In this document: positions 26,129 to 64,000 of the stretch, piece after piece | How the letters are laid out: each line of letters begins with the position of its first letter | How positions within the stretch are numbered: the first letter of the stretch is position 1 | Assembly (NCBI GenBank): GCA_963693365.1 | Contig: CAVNZM010000003.1 | Location: forward strand, 7,063,312-7,127,311 | DNA: 64,000 bases | Direction of reading: 5' to 3' | Source of the DNA: Amoebidium appalachense | Taxonomy: Eukaryota; Protista; Ichthyosporea | The notes under the pieces: model-generated | Database searches by the model: none | Told to the model about the DNA's origin: nothing | What the model saw: the letters and a program-made list of their open reading frames with translations, nothing else | Made by a program: the position numbers and the translations under genes

Positions 26129-26466
26129 CACACACACACCCCTCCCCGGCCATTTGATTGGTGCATGTGGATGATTTGCGGGCCTATTTGAGGCCTTTGC
26201 CCATTTGTTTCGTGGCCGCATGCACCTTCCCTTGCAACAGACCATGTGTGCATGCAGCCACACAAAAGGCATGCAGGTGCGCACACACGCCACACATGCA
26301 CACCCATGGGTGGCCTGCCTGTCTGTGCCTGTCTGCTCACTCACCCTGGGGGCTGCAGCTCAAGCGGGACACGATCGATGTGCTGAAGGAATACTTCCGT
26401 GATGACATGAGCAAGGAGGACTGGCGCCTGATCCTCAAGATGAAGAAGATGTTCGGCATCATCTAG
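10111..26466 (+). CDS. EIF5B: Eukaryotic translation initiation factor 5B (IF2 homologue), 27 exons, ~1393 aa
   Basis: Exons 10111-10157, 10948-11836, 12164-12524, 13327-13475, 13549-13614, 14017-14106, 14510-14569, 15112-15214, 15462-15584, 16817-16929, 17544-17634, 18027-18298, 18659-18787, 18922-19015, 19458-19530, 20163-20280, 20429-20481, 20563-20656, 20792-20974, 21895-22116, 22627-22783, 23442-23596, 24027-24128, 24497-24667, 25494-25556, 25927-26022, 26359-26466. Motifs: [21 protein letters not shown] (G1), [26 protein letters not shown] (G3), VALNKIDR (G4), [50 protein letters not shown]. Phases are consistent throughout. Confidence 0.97.
12586..12951. mobile_element. MITE (non-autonomous DNA transposon), ~366 bp, ~27-bp TIRs, TA target-site duplication
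   Basis: TA|ATATGTACCTTCTGTGAGAAGACACT ... AGTGTCTTCTCGTGGAAGGTACATAT|TA with an AT-rich interior. It interrupts a GGCTAGCAGG unit whose empty form is seen at ~12546. Confidence 0.85.
13604..13877 (+). repeat. Tandem repeat (~8 units, 29-40 bp) of the eIF5B exon-5 end plus splice donor
   Basis: The unit GGCCATGCAG|[29 protein letters not shown] starts inside exon 5. Confidence 0.9.
16076..16727. repeat. Intronic minisatellite, 46-bp unit, ~14 near-identical copies
   Basis: GCACGCCCATACATCTTGTACTATTCCATGTAGTGCAGGCATACAT repeated in tandem. Confidence 0.95.
17396..17530. repeat. 30-bp tandem repeat (~4.5 copies) just upstream of the eIF5B exon-11 acceptor
   Basis: CTAGCTCACAGCAGGATTTTACTTGTCCAT units. 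Confidence 0.85.
19046..19450. repeat. Degenerate 17-25 bp tandem repeat (GGCTGTGTGGATATACT core) filling an eIF5B intron
   Basis: Visible tandem array ending at the branch/acceptor region ATACTGACAGACTGTGCAG. Confidence 0.85.
19733..20104. mobile_element. Second, diverged copy of the 12586-12951 MITE in the opposite orientation
   Basis: TA|ACATGTATCTTCAATGAGAAGACA...TGTCTTCTCACTGAAGACACACT. Interior blocks (ATCGGCATCGATT..CCTAACTT, AATGGTTAGC, ATTTGATGATTGGTCAAT, AATCGTCATCTGG, CGAAAATTACAAAA) match the reverse complement of the first copy. Confidence 0.8.
20985..21290. repeat. Degenerate 22-bp tandem repeat GCACACAGCCGCACATGCACGT
   Basis: Visible array at the start of eIF5B intron 19. Confidence 0.85.
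24709..25190. repeat. Tandem duplication of ~245 bp bounded by poly-G runs
   Basis: GAGTAAAATGGATAGGATAGTCAATG...GATAGGAGAGACAAGGGG occurs at ~24710-24925 and again at ~24955-25165. Confidence 0.85.
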
Positions 26467-27835
26467 ATCAAATCTAGATCCCATCTGGATCAAATCTTGA
26501 TATAGATCTAGGTCTGGGGCATTGGTTAGAGGCTCGTGTGGATGTTAGTTTTATCGGGGCCTGGTTTAGATGGCCACCGTGTAGTAGTCGTTTGCCCTGA
26601 GTGGGCTCACACGTCATGAGCTGCATGCAGACCTATGAGCGTTGTGTTGGCACGTGTGGGCTGGCCTCAAGCACGTGCATGGTACTCTCTAGAGCACACG
26701 CACGTGGCATGCAGGGCACTGGTTGGACCCTGCACATGTCCAGGCCCAGGCCTGGTGCCTTGGGGTTCCTGCAACATAAAATTGTGCTTTTGCCAACACC
26801 TGTGCAGTTGTTTGTTCACCCGCATGTTCACTGTGTGCGGCGACCGCGGTTTGGTGGGCTTGTGCCTATGCATGTCTTGTGTGCGCTTTGCCAAGAGTTA
26901 ATTCAATAATTTGCGTGCGTGTCCGTGCATGTGCTTAAGCTTACTCGAGGGGCAGTTGGTGAATGTGTTGGTGTGTAGAGGGGCCCGGGGGCAAGGGGCG
27001 AGTGACTGCAGGGTGGCCACCATGCTGGTGCACCGGGTGGGGAGGATGTTGGTTGCACACGCACAATGGCCTGTCGATACTACTGAAAACTACTTGCATG
27101 CCATGGCGCCATGCTGAGAGTCTTCGCTTTAGAATTGCCACAGTGATTGATTGGCAGAGCGCCAGCTGCACGTGCACCAATTGCAAGTGACTTCGAATTA
27201 TAGTGCTTTTTGCAAACCCCCCCCCCCCCCCCCCCTCCCTCCCTCCCCAACCCAACAGGTTGGGTTGGGGCTTAAGGACAAGCAAATGCATGTGGCAATA
27301 ATTATTAAATAGGTATTGGGGGGGGGGGGGGTTTGGCCCAATGTCTCGTAGAAGTTGAATTGGGTTTGAACTTGTACATCTCTGGCATGACTCTCATGGC
27401 GAGCAGTTGACAAAACAAGCCGTGAATATTTATATATAATTATAGGCTGGACCCGGTCCGGTGTTTTGTATCCTTCATAGTATCAGGCGCAAGTGCGACC
27501 ATACTTAAGACTCTGCCCTGCCCATCCCACCCGTTGTGTTTGGCCGCGTGCAGTAAGGGCTCGTCATCCGGGGCTCACATCTTGAGCTCGTGCACATGTT
27601 ACTGTGCGTGCAATCAACATACATATGGATATGATGTGCGCGACGGTTAGTTCATGACAATACTTCACTTTAGCCATTCTTTACAGTATGCAGTATTTCC
27701 CTTTTACCATATTCCGGGATCCGAATCCTTCCCCCCCCCCCCCCCCCCTCCCCCCCCCCCCCCCCCCCCCCCCCCGCCCTTCCTGCAGTTCTCTCTAGAT
27801 CTGTGATTAGTCACAAGTTGAATGAAATTATATTT

Positions 27836-27869
<34 letters not shown>

Positions 27870-28680
27870 CGCCCCTCGGCGCTTAATCAACCCAAAACAC
27901 GGGCACCCACTCACCGCGCATAATGGGCAAAATTAGGTTTTAACACGCTCACAGGCACGTGCGCATGTAGGCAGTAACACACGCATACACATACAAGATG
28001 TTATAGATGTACACAGACACGAAATTATGGCCAAGCATCATCAATGACTGTGCACTGTGACTGACAGTGTGTAAAGCTTTCCGCAAAAACCTGCACAGTT
28101 AGGCATCACGCAACAAGCAATTCGTTATGTGCACACACCAACCCTTGACGACACAGACACGCATGGTGGTGTAGACTTGTGCACATGCAGGTTATGTGTG
28201 TGGAAGGCTCCATGTATAAAATTTTATAAAATTTTATGGGGTTGTATGCCGCCTTTCGGGCACAAGTTCAACGTGTGTGTGCCTGTGTCGTAATGAGACC
28301 TATTGTCTTGTTTTTTATTTTCGTTGGCACAAAAACTTGCCGCACGTGTTGAAATACCTACGTTTCGTATCGAAAGTGATGAAGCTGATCATACAAAAAG
28401 GGTGGAGTGCATCCAAGTGAAAACTTTTTTTGACATAAAAGAGAAAAGAGAATATTGGAAGTCAAGTCCAGGCTAGGTCTGTGACTCAAACACTGCATCT
28501 GGTGTGGGTTGTGAACTGCCCACACATGTTTACCTGAGAACCAATAGAAGGGGCAACCACCCACCCGACAGACTACGTGCATGCATGGCCTGCTCTCTAA
28601 TAGTGCCCCTGTCACGTGCACAGCACACGACATCCGTGATTTTGGCCCAATCACCTAGCTAGCATGCAAGGGCCCAGCCC

Positions 28681-50338
<21,658 letters not shown>

Positions 50339-51485
50339 AGTTGACACCGCTGACACAATGATGCTAGGTGAGTTATGCGTATGTCTGGCCTTCTTGTAAA
50401 TGAGCAAAGTTTTCCTCTCTGTGTGCCGTTGTGTACATACTTCTCGTTGTTAGGGACACACGTATCGATCCATCATTGGCTAAGGGTCATTATAATGAAT
50501 GTTATATACCTAAATGCAATCATGACATTACGTCAATCATGTCGTTGGTAGAGTAGTGGTGTTCACTTTTTATCCCCATTACGGCGCTAAAATCCAAATT
50601 TCGCTAGGATTTTTAGCCAAAAGGTATTTTTGTTGCTAAATATTTGGTATTATACAGGTTTTTATCTTAGGCTCCTGATATAAACCGGCACGTCTTTTTA
50701 CACTACAAGTGCCTGCACGGGCGTCCATTTTCCGGTCAAATTACCAACTTTTTGATTGGTTCTATTCTACCCAAACTACCCAAACAAAGAAAGAGTTCAG
50801 ATGCTGATCAAGAGTTTCAAAGAGTAGGTGACAATGTATTGGAGATTACAAAATAATAGTCATGTATTTACATTAGCCAAGAGCGTTTCTACCAACTATT
50901 GGTGGATCTCTGAGAGGGTGCTACATTCTTGATCTTTCCGGATTGGAATCAGTGTTTGGCAATTGTAGACGCTCACGATAGCCGCTTGACCAGTTCTTTT
51001 TGGAAAGTACCCTACTACTTTTTTTTTTCCTGGGCCAACCCTACATAGTACAATAGCACTTTATTCACATCATGTATCTTTCTTGATACAGTAGCCGTAC
51101 AGTGTGCACAATAGAATGCATGCTTGTCCTGAGAGCAAGCTCAGTGAGATTTACCCTTCTCCTTTGGAATGTACATGGCGCCAAATTCAATTCTCGTTAC
51201 GCAAACTTTGAAAAACAAAACTTGATCCTTAGTGGTCCTAGGTGTTCCACTCGATGACTAGACACCATAGCAAATTAAAAAAAAAGCCTTTGCGAGTGTT
51301 TACCGAGGTGCACTTGACAAACCAAGCGAAAATGAACCTCCTATGCATTAATTCTTCATAAAAGGACCGTGACAAAATCTCCTTGGTTTGGCTTTTTCTG
51401 TTGCTCGTTATAGCGGGCCGTCTGGGGCCTCTTTTTCTTGTTCAGTGTTTTCTACTAGGAATTTTACCTAATCGAAGAGCGCACC
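50339..51485. promoter_or_regulatory. Divergent intergenic/promoter region between HYOU1 and RhoGAP
   Basis: AT-rich spacer without G/C homopolymers between divergent ATGs. CCAAT and TGACGT motifs lie on the HYOU1 strand at ~50461-50534. Confidence 0.55.
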
Positions 51486-56530
<5,045 letters not shown>

Positions 56531-56899
56531 CGGGATATACGTGCAGTGAGATATACAGACCTTTATGTGACTATTGTATGCATCAAACGTAGGAATGCAT
56601 GAATGTGTTTATGTATCGAATGTGTAGTCTGTGGCGTTCTAACTTAGTGACTGCAGCACCTTGTACCGTTGGGATTTGTAACCCCACGCCTCCGTGTCCG
56701 ACCCGCTCTGATTGTGTCGACATTCTATCCTGGCCCCTCCCCTTCTATGTTTATTCAATCGTTCCTCCCCCAGCTCCTTTTCACTGCCCCTAGGCGGCTT
56801 TACTTGGTACTGGTCCGATGACGTCGAGTGTGTATTCGTGTGTGTTTGTTGGTGGCGAAGGTGGTTGTGGTGGTAGGGCCGGGGCGGGGTGCAGGGAAA

Positions 56900-56932
<33 letters not shown>

Positions 56933-57254
56933 TGATGAACGAATGACAGTTCGATGGCCTGACCTCAAGCAAACATGTTTGTCGCATGTGGAGGCATGCA
57001 AAAACATTCAATTTTTTTCATGTGGGCACGGGGTGTACGTGGTCCGCCAATGCCCAATAATAAACAGTACGATAACAGACTGTGAGGGCTGAGACACCCC
57101 AGCGCCCTTCACTAATTGCAATGAACTCTTGCGGACTTACTGGTGTGTCATGAAGCACACGCTGGCACTCAGAGGCCTGTGGCTGTGTACTACGCTCTGG
57201 GCCTGCCTCCCTCTCCCCCTAGGCCACCCCCCGCCAGACAAACACACGCACACG

Positions 57255-57290
<36 letters not shown>

Positions 57291-57320
57291 CGTGTGTACA
57301 CACCGTCCACCCACACACAC

Positions 57321-57366
<46 letters not shown>

Positions 57367-57740
57367 TATGAATCATATATCTGAGTTTTTTTTTGCCCCA
57401 CGTGTATGCACCATCCGCCTTTCAAAACAAAAAAAGGTTGGGGGGGGGGGGATGGGGTAACATTGCCTAACAATGGATGCCCGTGAGAGCATACGTGGAT
57501 ATGTGCCTAGGCTCTGCTGTTGCCGTTAAGTTGGGACATCGACATGTGATCGTGCATGTCACTGCATGGCAGGGGTGCACATGCCTGCAGTGCCACGAGC
57601 TGCATACACCTCAGTGACCTGCACACACGTGCATACCGAAGGCCCGTCTACGTGTCCCGTGTGCGTAATTCATGTGTGGATTGGCGACCAGTGGGGCCTC
57701 GGGTGGACGTGTTCCAAGCCTGCGCAGTATCATATCTGGT

Positions 57741-57802
<62 letters not shown>

Positions 57803-58886
57803 CGTCACTGTGTGTCCAAAATCGAAGTGTACATGTACACAACATCCTTTACTAGGTTTTATTAACATGTTGCTGTCGTGCAACGAGCTAAGTCGAGTCA
57901 AGGATCAGCAATTGCAGTTTTCATCACATAATTCATTGTTTTTTTACATTTTCCATGCAAACATATGTACCCCTAGTATCCAGAATTTGCGCTTCGTTCA
58001 TTTTAGATGACATATCTGTATCCTAACTAATTTAGTAAATTAGTTTACAACAGGGTGGCCAGAGCTATCTACAATAAAGCAACAGTCACTCACTTGCAAT
58101 GCCATTTGGCTAGTTTACAGCACTATACTACATCCAACACATGATGCCGGCTAGTATAATCTGCTAATCTTATCACACTTGCGACATAAAATGTAGCTAT
58201 AGCCCGGCATATACACTAATATGCATATGGGCTCACTCTCATCTGCTGCTAGATAGATGCTAAAGATCGAGCTAGACACTACTCGTACATGCTGCAGATA
58301 AAGCAATCAAGAGCAAAGGCTAACAAATCTTGGAACAAATCCTGAAGCACCGGGTTCTAACCAAGTGCTCCTAAATCAGAGAAGAATAGAACTTTGCCTT
58401 AGTCCAAGCCAATTCTGGCATTGTAAAATCCAAGCCATCCCTTAAAGCACTGGTACACAGGGGGCAAACTTAAGAGCAGTTGGGAAGCGTTTGGGGGGGG
58501 GGGGGGGGGGGGGGGGGGGAGGGGGGGGGGGGATATCCCCCGCGGAGTAAAGGCGGAGGAGAGGGTGGGGGGGGGGGGAGGAGGGGGCGGGGTAAGGGGA
58601 GCAAGCCGAGCTACGAGCGTGTGACAGTAAACGAATCCATCACCTTTGTGTCTGCTGTGCGCTGGAACACACACACCACTTTATCTCGCGTCACATTGGC
58701 CTGCAGCCAGCCCACCCCCATGCCATCCCCGGGATTGTTTGTGTTGTGCTCCAATCGGTAGGCGGTGTAGGTGGGCAGTGGTCTATATTTGGAAGGTGCC
58801 TTGGGTATGCCCCCTGCCCCTATGCCTATGCTCATGGGCCGCTGGGGGTTGCGGATCAAATTCTGGGGGGAGGGGGGGAGGGGAAA

Positions 58887-58925
<39 letters not shown>

Positions 58926-61829
58926 CGATATTAGTATGCAGGCCACGGGTATGTGCATGCGTCTAATCATTCGCTTGCTATGAACCCTAAACCCTGCCCT
59001 CTGCCCATCATTTTGGGCCCCCGGCAAAAGCTCCGTATCATTTGGCGGTGCATCAATTCCCCCCCCTCCCCAACCTGCCTCCCATCTCCCCACCTCTCCC
59101 TCCTGTTCCCCTGTCTAGACAGTATAACAAGCGAAAAACAAAAGAAACAAGAGCCACCGGCCATTTCCCTCTATTCCCAACCATTCTGAACATACACACC
59201 CAAGCTGCTCATCCCCACGTGTGCACAGGACCCCACGACCTTGAAATTCTCCACCGGATAAGTCCTCTCACACTGGTGCTCGTGGCCATTGAACACAAAA
59301 TCCACCTTTGCCCTGACATAGACCCCCTCCAAGGCCTCTCTGACCCCCCTCCATGCATCGTTTGGGCAGGGCTTGGGGTTGTGCACTCCACTGGAGTATA
59401 GAGGGAAGTGTTGCACTACTGCTACCCACGGGGTGATGGCACGATCCTGGGGGGAGGAGGATAGGTTGGGGATGATGGGATCCACATAGGTATATGGGGA
59501 ATTTCCGGGTAGTTGAAGGCACTATCAGAAATGGGCTGAGCATCTGAGGCAGGGCGATCACGTGTGAATGTGTTTGTTTATGCCCCTGGACATGGGTGGG
59601 TGGGTGGGCCGGTGGGTGTGTTTGTGTGTGTGTTTGTGCGTGTGCGTGTGCGTGCGTGCGTGCGTGCGTGTGCGTGCGTGCGTGCGTGCGACGGCGTGCG
59701 TATGTGCGTGTATGCGTGTGTGCGTGTGTGCTTGCATGTAAGTGTGTGTGTGTTCCTGCGTTTGCATTTCTGAATGAGTGTGTGTGTGATATCTCTGAAA
59801 ACACACAGCAGGCATCTTGGTGTGTCCATGTGTACTGAGTTTGGGTAGTCGCTGCTTGCCCATGTTTCTGCATATGAAAAGTGCGATCCTCCCCCCCTCC
59901 CCCCTTAACCCCCTTCCCCCCCTCTCCAACCAAACAACCAAAAGCACATCGAGACGTCACTTGTCCCCGTTTTCCTCCTCCCTGCCCCCTCCTCGTTTCC
60001 CGCTCCCCAAATGTTGCAACATGAAAGGACCTCCTTGGGATGCAAAACAATGGGGAAAGAGGTCCGGAGGGTCCGGGGCTGGGGGGGGGGGGGGGGGGAG
60101 GGGGGGAGGGGAGGGGGATCATATGACACTAGCCAGGTCGTCCTGTATAAGTGCGAGCATGGCCCTCTTTTCTCGCTGCCACCAGGCATGCACCTCATTG
60201 TAGCTCCTCTTCCACCTGCAGCATGGAGAGGGTTAAACGTGCAGCCATGCTGCCACATGCCAACACAACAGAGTAAAACTTACGGCTTCCTTTTACTCCA
60301 ACCCCACTACCACAAGCACAATGGGAGCTAAGACTCTGCCACAACTATTCTTCAAATGATCACCCCCCCCCCCTCCTCCCCTTCCTCCCCCAACGGCAGA
60401 TGCCCAAAGGCATTGGTCCTGACAGGGGGAAAGGGCGGTATATCTGTGTAGGGAGGTGGGTGAATGTGTGTGTACGCAAGGGGAGGTGCAAAGGAGGGGG
60501 GGGGGGGGGGGGGGGGGGGAGGGGGGAGGGGGGGGGAGGACGGGAGAGGTGGGCATTGTGCTCGTGAGGACTTTCTTCCCCGTTGGTCGGGTGCATGCAC
60601 GAAGATCGATAAGGTGCCGGTCAGCATAGGACCGGTCCGGCTCATCGATGAAGGCCGGGTCGACAAACAACACGTGGATTGGGCCAAAGTCCTGCAAGTA
60701 GTAGCGCCGGGTCATGCTGGGGGTGGTGGAGTGCTGGCTGAACCGTGAGATGAATGCCATGGCAGTGCTGTGAATGAGGGTGGCATGAATGGTGGTGCGA
60801 GCAGTACAATAGTATAACTGAGGAAGGAAGGGAGGGGGGCGGGGGGGAGGTAAAGAGGGGGAAGGGGAGGGGGGGGGGGGGGGAGAGACATTCAAACGGC
60901 CCTGAGTGGGAATGGGGTTTGGGGATAGTTGAGTTTAGGGAGGCCAGTGAGGTGATTAATGATAGTAAGGAGGTCAATGCAAGATGGCACATAGGAAAAA
61001 AGAAGATGTAAGAGGGCAGATAGGGAAACACAAGATCAAAGAGAGGGCAAACTGAGGAGGGCGGAAGGTAGCCAGGAGGGGCAACATACGAGAGTAAAGT
61101 AGACGAGGAGAAAGGAGGGAGGTGTGGATGGTGCAGGTTGCAGGGGCCCTCCAATCAGTGCACTGTGGTTTGGTTCGGTGGAACGCATTCAATCCCACAC
61201 TGCTGAGTAAAGAGAGTACCCCCCTCCCCTTCCTCCCCTTGCCCCCCTCCCCCTCCTCCTCCCCCCCCCCCCTCCCCGCCTCCCTGCTTTCCCCCCCCCT
61301 CCCCCCCCCTCTTCCCCTCCTGCCCCCTCCTCCCCTCCCTCCCCCACTTGGCCATGAAGACATCGTCCGACCCTAACATCGATAAAAGCGCCTCATTCTC
61401 ATTCCTCTCCCCATCTGTTTAACAAACGAAAAAGCCATGTAGTTGTGTGCATATGGTTGAAGTGGAGTGTGTGTGTGTGTTGGTGGTGTGCGTGTGGGGG
61501 GGAGGGGGGGTAGAGACGGGCAGAGGGGGGGGGGGTGTGGGGGGCGGAGAAGGCTGGTACCCGTTGCCGTTGTTGAGTGCCTCATGGTCACCCACCGCCG
61601 ACTGGAAGAGACTCTGTGCAAACAGTGGCTGCCACACCTGCCCGTACTGATCTTGTGCAGTAACACCTGCGGGCTGTATGGCGCTGTGAAATTTTTGGAG
61701 GGGGGGAGGGGAGGGGGGAATGGGAAGGGAAGGGGAGAAGGGTGTGCATGTCAGGGGAGAAGGAGGGGGGGGAGGGGGGGAGGGGGAGGTTCTTCATAAG
61801 TGTATCGGCACCTGGTGGTAAATATGGCA

Positions 61830-62380
61830 CTGATGTTTGTGCACGTGCATGCAAATAGGCTTGTGGGTATAATGTTTGTGCACGTGCATGCAAATATGCT
61901 TGTGGGTATAATGTTTGTGCACGTGCATGTAAATATGCTTGTGGTTATAATGTGTGTGCACGTGCATGCAAATATGCTTGTGGTTATAATGTTTGTGCAC
62001 GTGCATGCAAATATGCTGGTGCGTATAATGTTTGTGCACGTGCATGCAAATATGGTGGTGGTTATAATGTTTGTGCACGTGCATGCCAAATATGGTGGTG
62101 GTTATAATGTTTGTGCACATGCATGCAAATATGGTGGTGGTTATAATGTTTGTGCACGTGCATGCAAATATGCCGCTAAGTTGTGAGTATAATGTTTGTG
62201 CACGTGCATGCAAATATGCTGGTGGTTATAATGTTTGTGCACGTGCATGCAAATATGCTTGTGGTTATAATGTTTGTGCACGTGCATGCAAATATGCTGG
62301 TGGTTATAATGTTTGTGCACGTGCATGCAAATATGCTGGTGGTTATAATGTTTGTGCACGTGCATGCAAATATGGTGGTG
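61830..62380. repeat. 39-bp minisatellite, ~14 copies
   Basis: ATAATGTTTGTGCACGTGCATGCAAATATGCTKGTGGTT units. Confidence 0.95.
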
Positions 62381-62875
62381 GGTATGATTTGTTGTAAGAT
62401 GACATATGATGTCTATATCAATGTGGCCTGAGGGGTGGCCGACCAATCAGCAATCGGAAGGAGCATGTATTGCCGTGCAAGCACACGTGCAAGTGCTTGC
62501 CCAGGTCCATGCCCGTGCCTCATGCATGCTACGCCTATGTATCCCATTCACCAATCACCCAGCTCTGACCCCCGCCTCCCCCCTCTCCCCCCCCCCCCCC
62601 TTTCTGCCCAATACTCCCCGCCCGCCCCCTCCTCCTCACTCTTTCGATGCCTTCCAGCCACCCAGACCACCAACATCGGCCCCTCAGGCCGTACATACAC
62701 ATACATGTACACCCCCCTCTTCCCCTCCTTCCCGGTTTCCTCACCTTTAAGCAGCCTCCTCCCCCCCCCCCCCCCCCCCCAAACCCTCCTCTCAATCCCC
62801 CCACCCTCCCTCCCCACAAAAAACAAATAATAATTTCGCAACAAAGAATGTGCCATCACTACACATGCCCCTTAA

Positions 62876-63126
62876 ACCAACCACCGCTTCTTCCATTTTG
62901 GCGTCTGGGCGCGGACCACCCGAGAGCTACATTTCTCAAAGGTGTCTTACCAATCAAGAGACTCGATCAATTGTGTCAGAATGCCGATGTCGACATTCGA
63001 CAGAGCCAGTTTCTTCGCGCCTTTTTCAGCCCAGCGGCTACGCGGTGTCATGGAAATTGTGCACAGAATGACGTCACCAATGTGGCTCTCCGCCCAGCGG
63101 CTAAAATGGAAGTAGCGGTGGTTGCT
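62876..63126. mobile_element. MITE with ~36-bp TIRs flanked by TTAA (Kolobok-like)
   Basis: TTAA|ACCAACCACCGCTTCTTCCATTTTGGCGTCTGGGCG ... CGCCCAGCGGCTAAAATGGAAGTAGCGGTGGTTGCT|TTAA. Confidence 0.8.
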
Positions 63127-63145
63127 TTAACACCGCACTGCTGTG

Positions 63146-63505
63146 ACATGTGCACACAGTACCCCCACATGTGCACACAGTACCCCACATGTGCACACAG
63201 TACCCCACATGTGCACACAGTACCCCACATGTGCACACAGTACCCCACATGTGCACACAGTACCCCACATGTGCACACAGTACCCCCACATGTGCATACA
63301 GTCCCCCACATGTGCACACAGTACCCCACATGTGCACACAGTACCCCCACATGTGCATACAGTCCCCCACATGTGCACACAGTACCCCACATGTGCACAC
63401 AGTACCCCACATGTGCACACAGTACCCCACATGTGCACACACTACTCCACATGTGCACACAGTACCCCACATGTGCACACAGTACCCCACATGTGCACAC
63501 AGTAC
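63146..63505. repeat. 20/21-bp minisatellite ACATGTGCACACAGTACCCC, ~18 copies, abutting a phosphatase splice donor
   Basis: Visible tandem array that starts immediately at the GTGCGT donor on the minus strand. Confidence 0.95.
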
Positions 63506-63799
63506 GCACATCGATGTTTCGCTGTAGTCCAGGTCCCCCGCACCAACCACCATCTGCAGTCACTCCTTGGCCATTGCCGGTGCCGTCCTGCTGCCCCACT
63601 TGCCATAGGCCGCATCAGATACCAGGCCAATGCTCACTGTGTCGGTGGTGGGCAGCACGAAGCTGTAGGTGGGGCTGGGGATGGAGGGAGGGAGAGAAGG
63701 GAAGGAGGGGGGGGAGAGGGGGGGGTTGGCGGGTTAGGTGTAAAGACAAACTGTTGAGGGATATAAAACGGGTAAGAGCTAAAGTGGGATGACAGGGGG

Positions 63800-63877
<78 letters not shown>

Positions 63878-64000
63878 GTGTGTGTGTGTGTGGTGTGTGT
63901 GTGTGTGGTGTGTGTGTGTGTGTGTGTGTGTGTGGAAGGAAGGTATTGCTGGTCATTCGGAGCTTTCAATAGCCACTGCACACGGCCCATTGACCTTCTG

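Larger units (their letters stand above)
58611..63662 (-). pseudogene. Purple acid phosphatase (calcineurin-like metallophosphoesterase), 5' part outside the window; likely pseudogene
   Basis: Exons 63662-63510 (IGLVSD...VVGAGDLDYS, in-frame TGA at 63562-63560), 61683-61561 (WQPLFA..SAVGDHE), 60767-~60601 (RRYYLQDFGPIHVLFVD), ~60214-60121 (IQDDLASV), 59446-~59240 (DRAITPWVAVVQHFPLYSS...KVDFVFNGHEHQCERTYPV) and 58841-58611 (SIGIGAGG...VMDSFTVTRS*). The PAP motif order DxG/GDxxY/GNHE/VxxH/GHxH is recognisable. Confidence 0.75.

Noticed and set aside
62647-63792. 381-aa plus-strand ORF
   Set aside because: It runs through a C-run, a MITE, a 20-bp minisatellite and the antisense of a phosphatase exon.

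Overview
Eukaryotic nuclear DNA, very intron-rich. Introns are filled with long G/C homopolymers, (CA)n/(GT)n microsatellites and minisatellites. The organism is probably a unicellular opisthokont-like eukaryote (inferred from a RhoGAP gene and a TTAGGG tract; not established). Almost all ORFs in the six-frame track are repeat artefacts. Splicing exons by hand gives six genes: (1) a fragment of a DedA/TVP38-like membrane protein gene (+, ~262-510); (2) a 6-exon alpha/beta hydrolase (-, 5619-9691); (3) head-to-head with it, a 27-exon eIF5B (+, 10111-26466, ~1393 aa, one GC-AG intron); (4) a 29-exon ER Hsp70-family HYOU1/GRP170 ending in KDEL (-, 28681-50338); (5) head-to-head with that, a RhoGAP (+, 51486-56530); (6) a probably pseudogenised purple acid phosphatase (-, 58611 to at least 63662). 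The most interesting signals are non-coding. A short, structured interspersed element has four copies, each with a fixed end against a poly-C/poly-G run and a variably truncated other end, suggesting a homopolymer-targeting retroelement. Intronic tandem repeats are repeatedly seeded on splice donors, branch/acceptor signals and even a stop codon. Three types of non-autonomous DNA transposon occur (TA-TSD MITE pair, TTAA-flanked Kolobok-like, 9-bp-TSD AcademH-like), and a near-perfect 56 x 61-bp satellite sits inside a HYOU1 intron.
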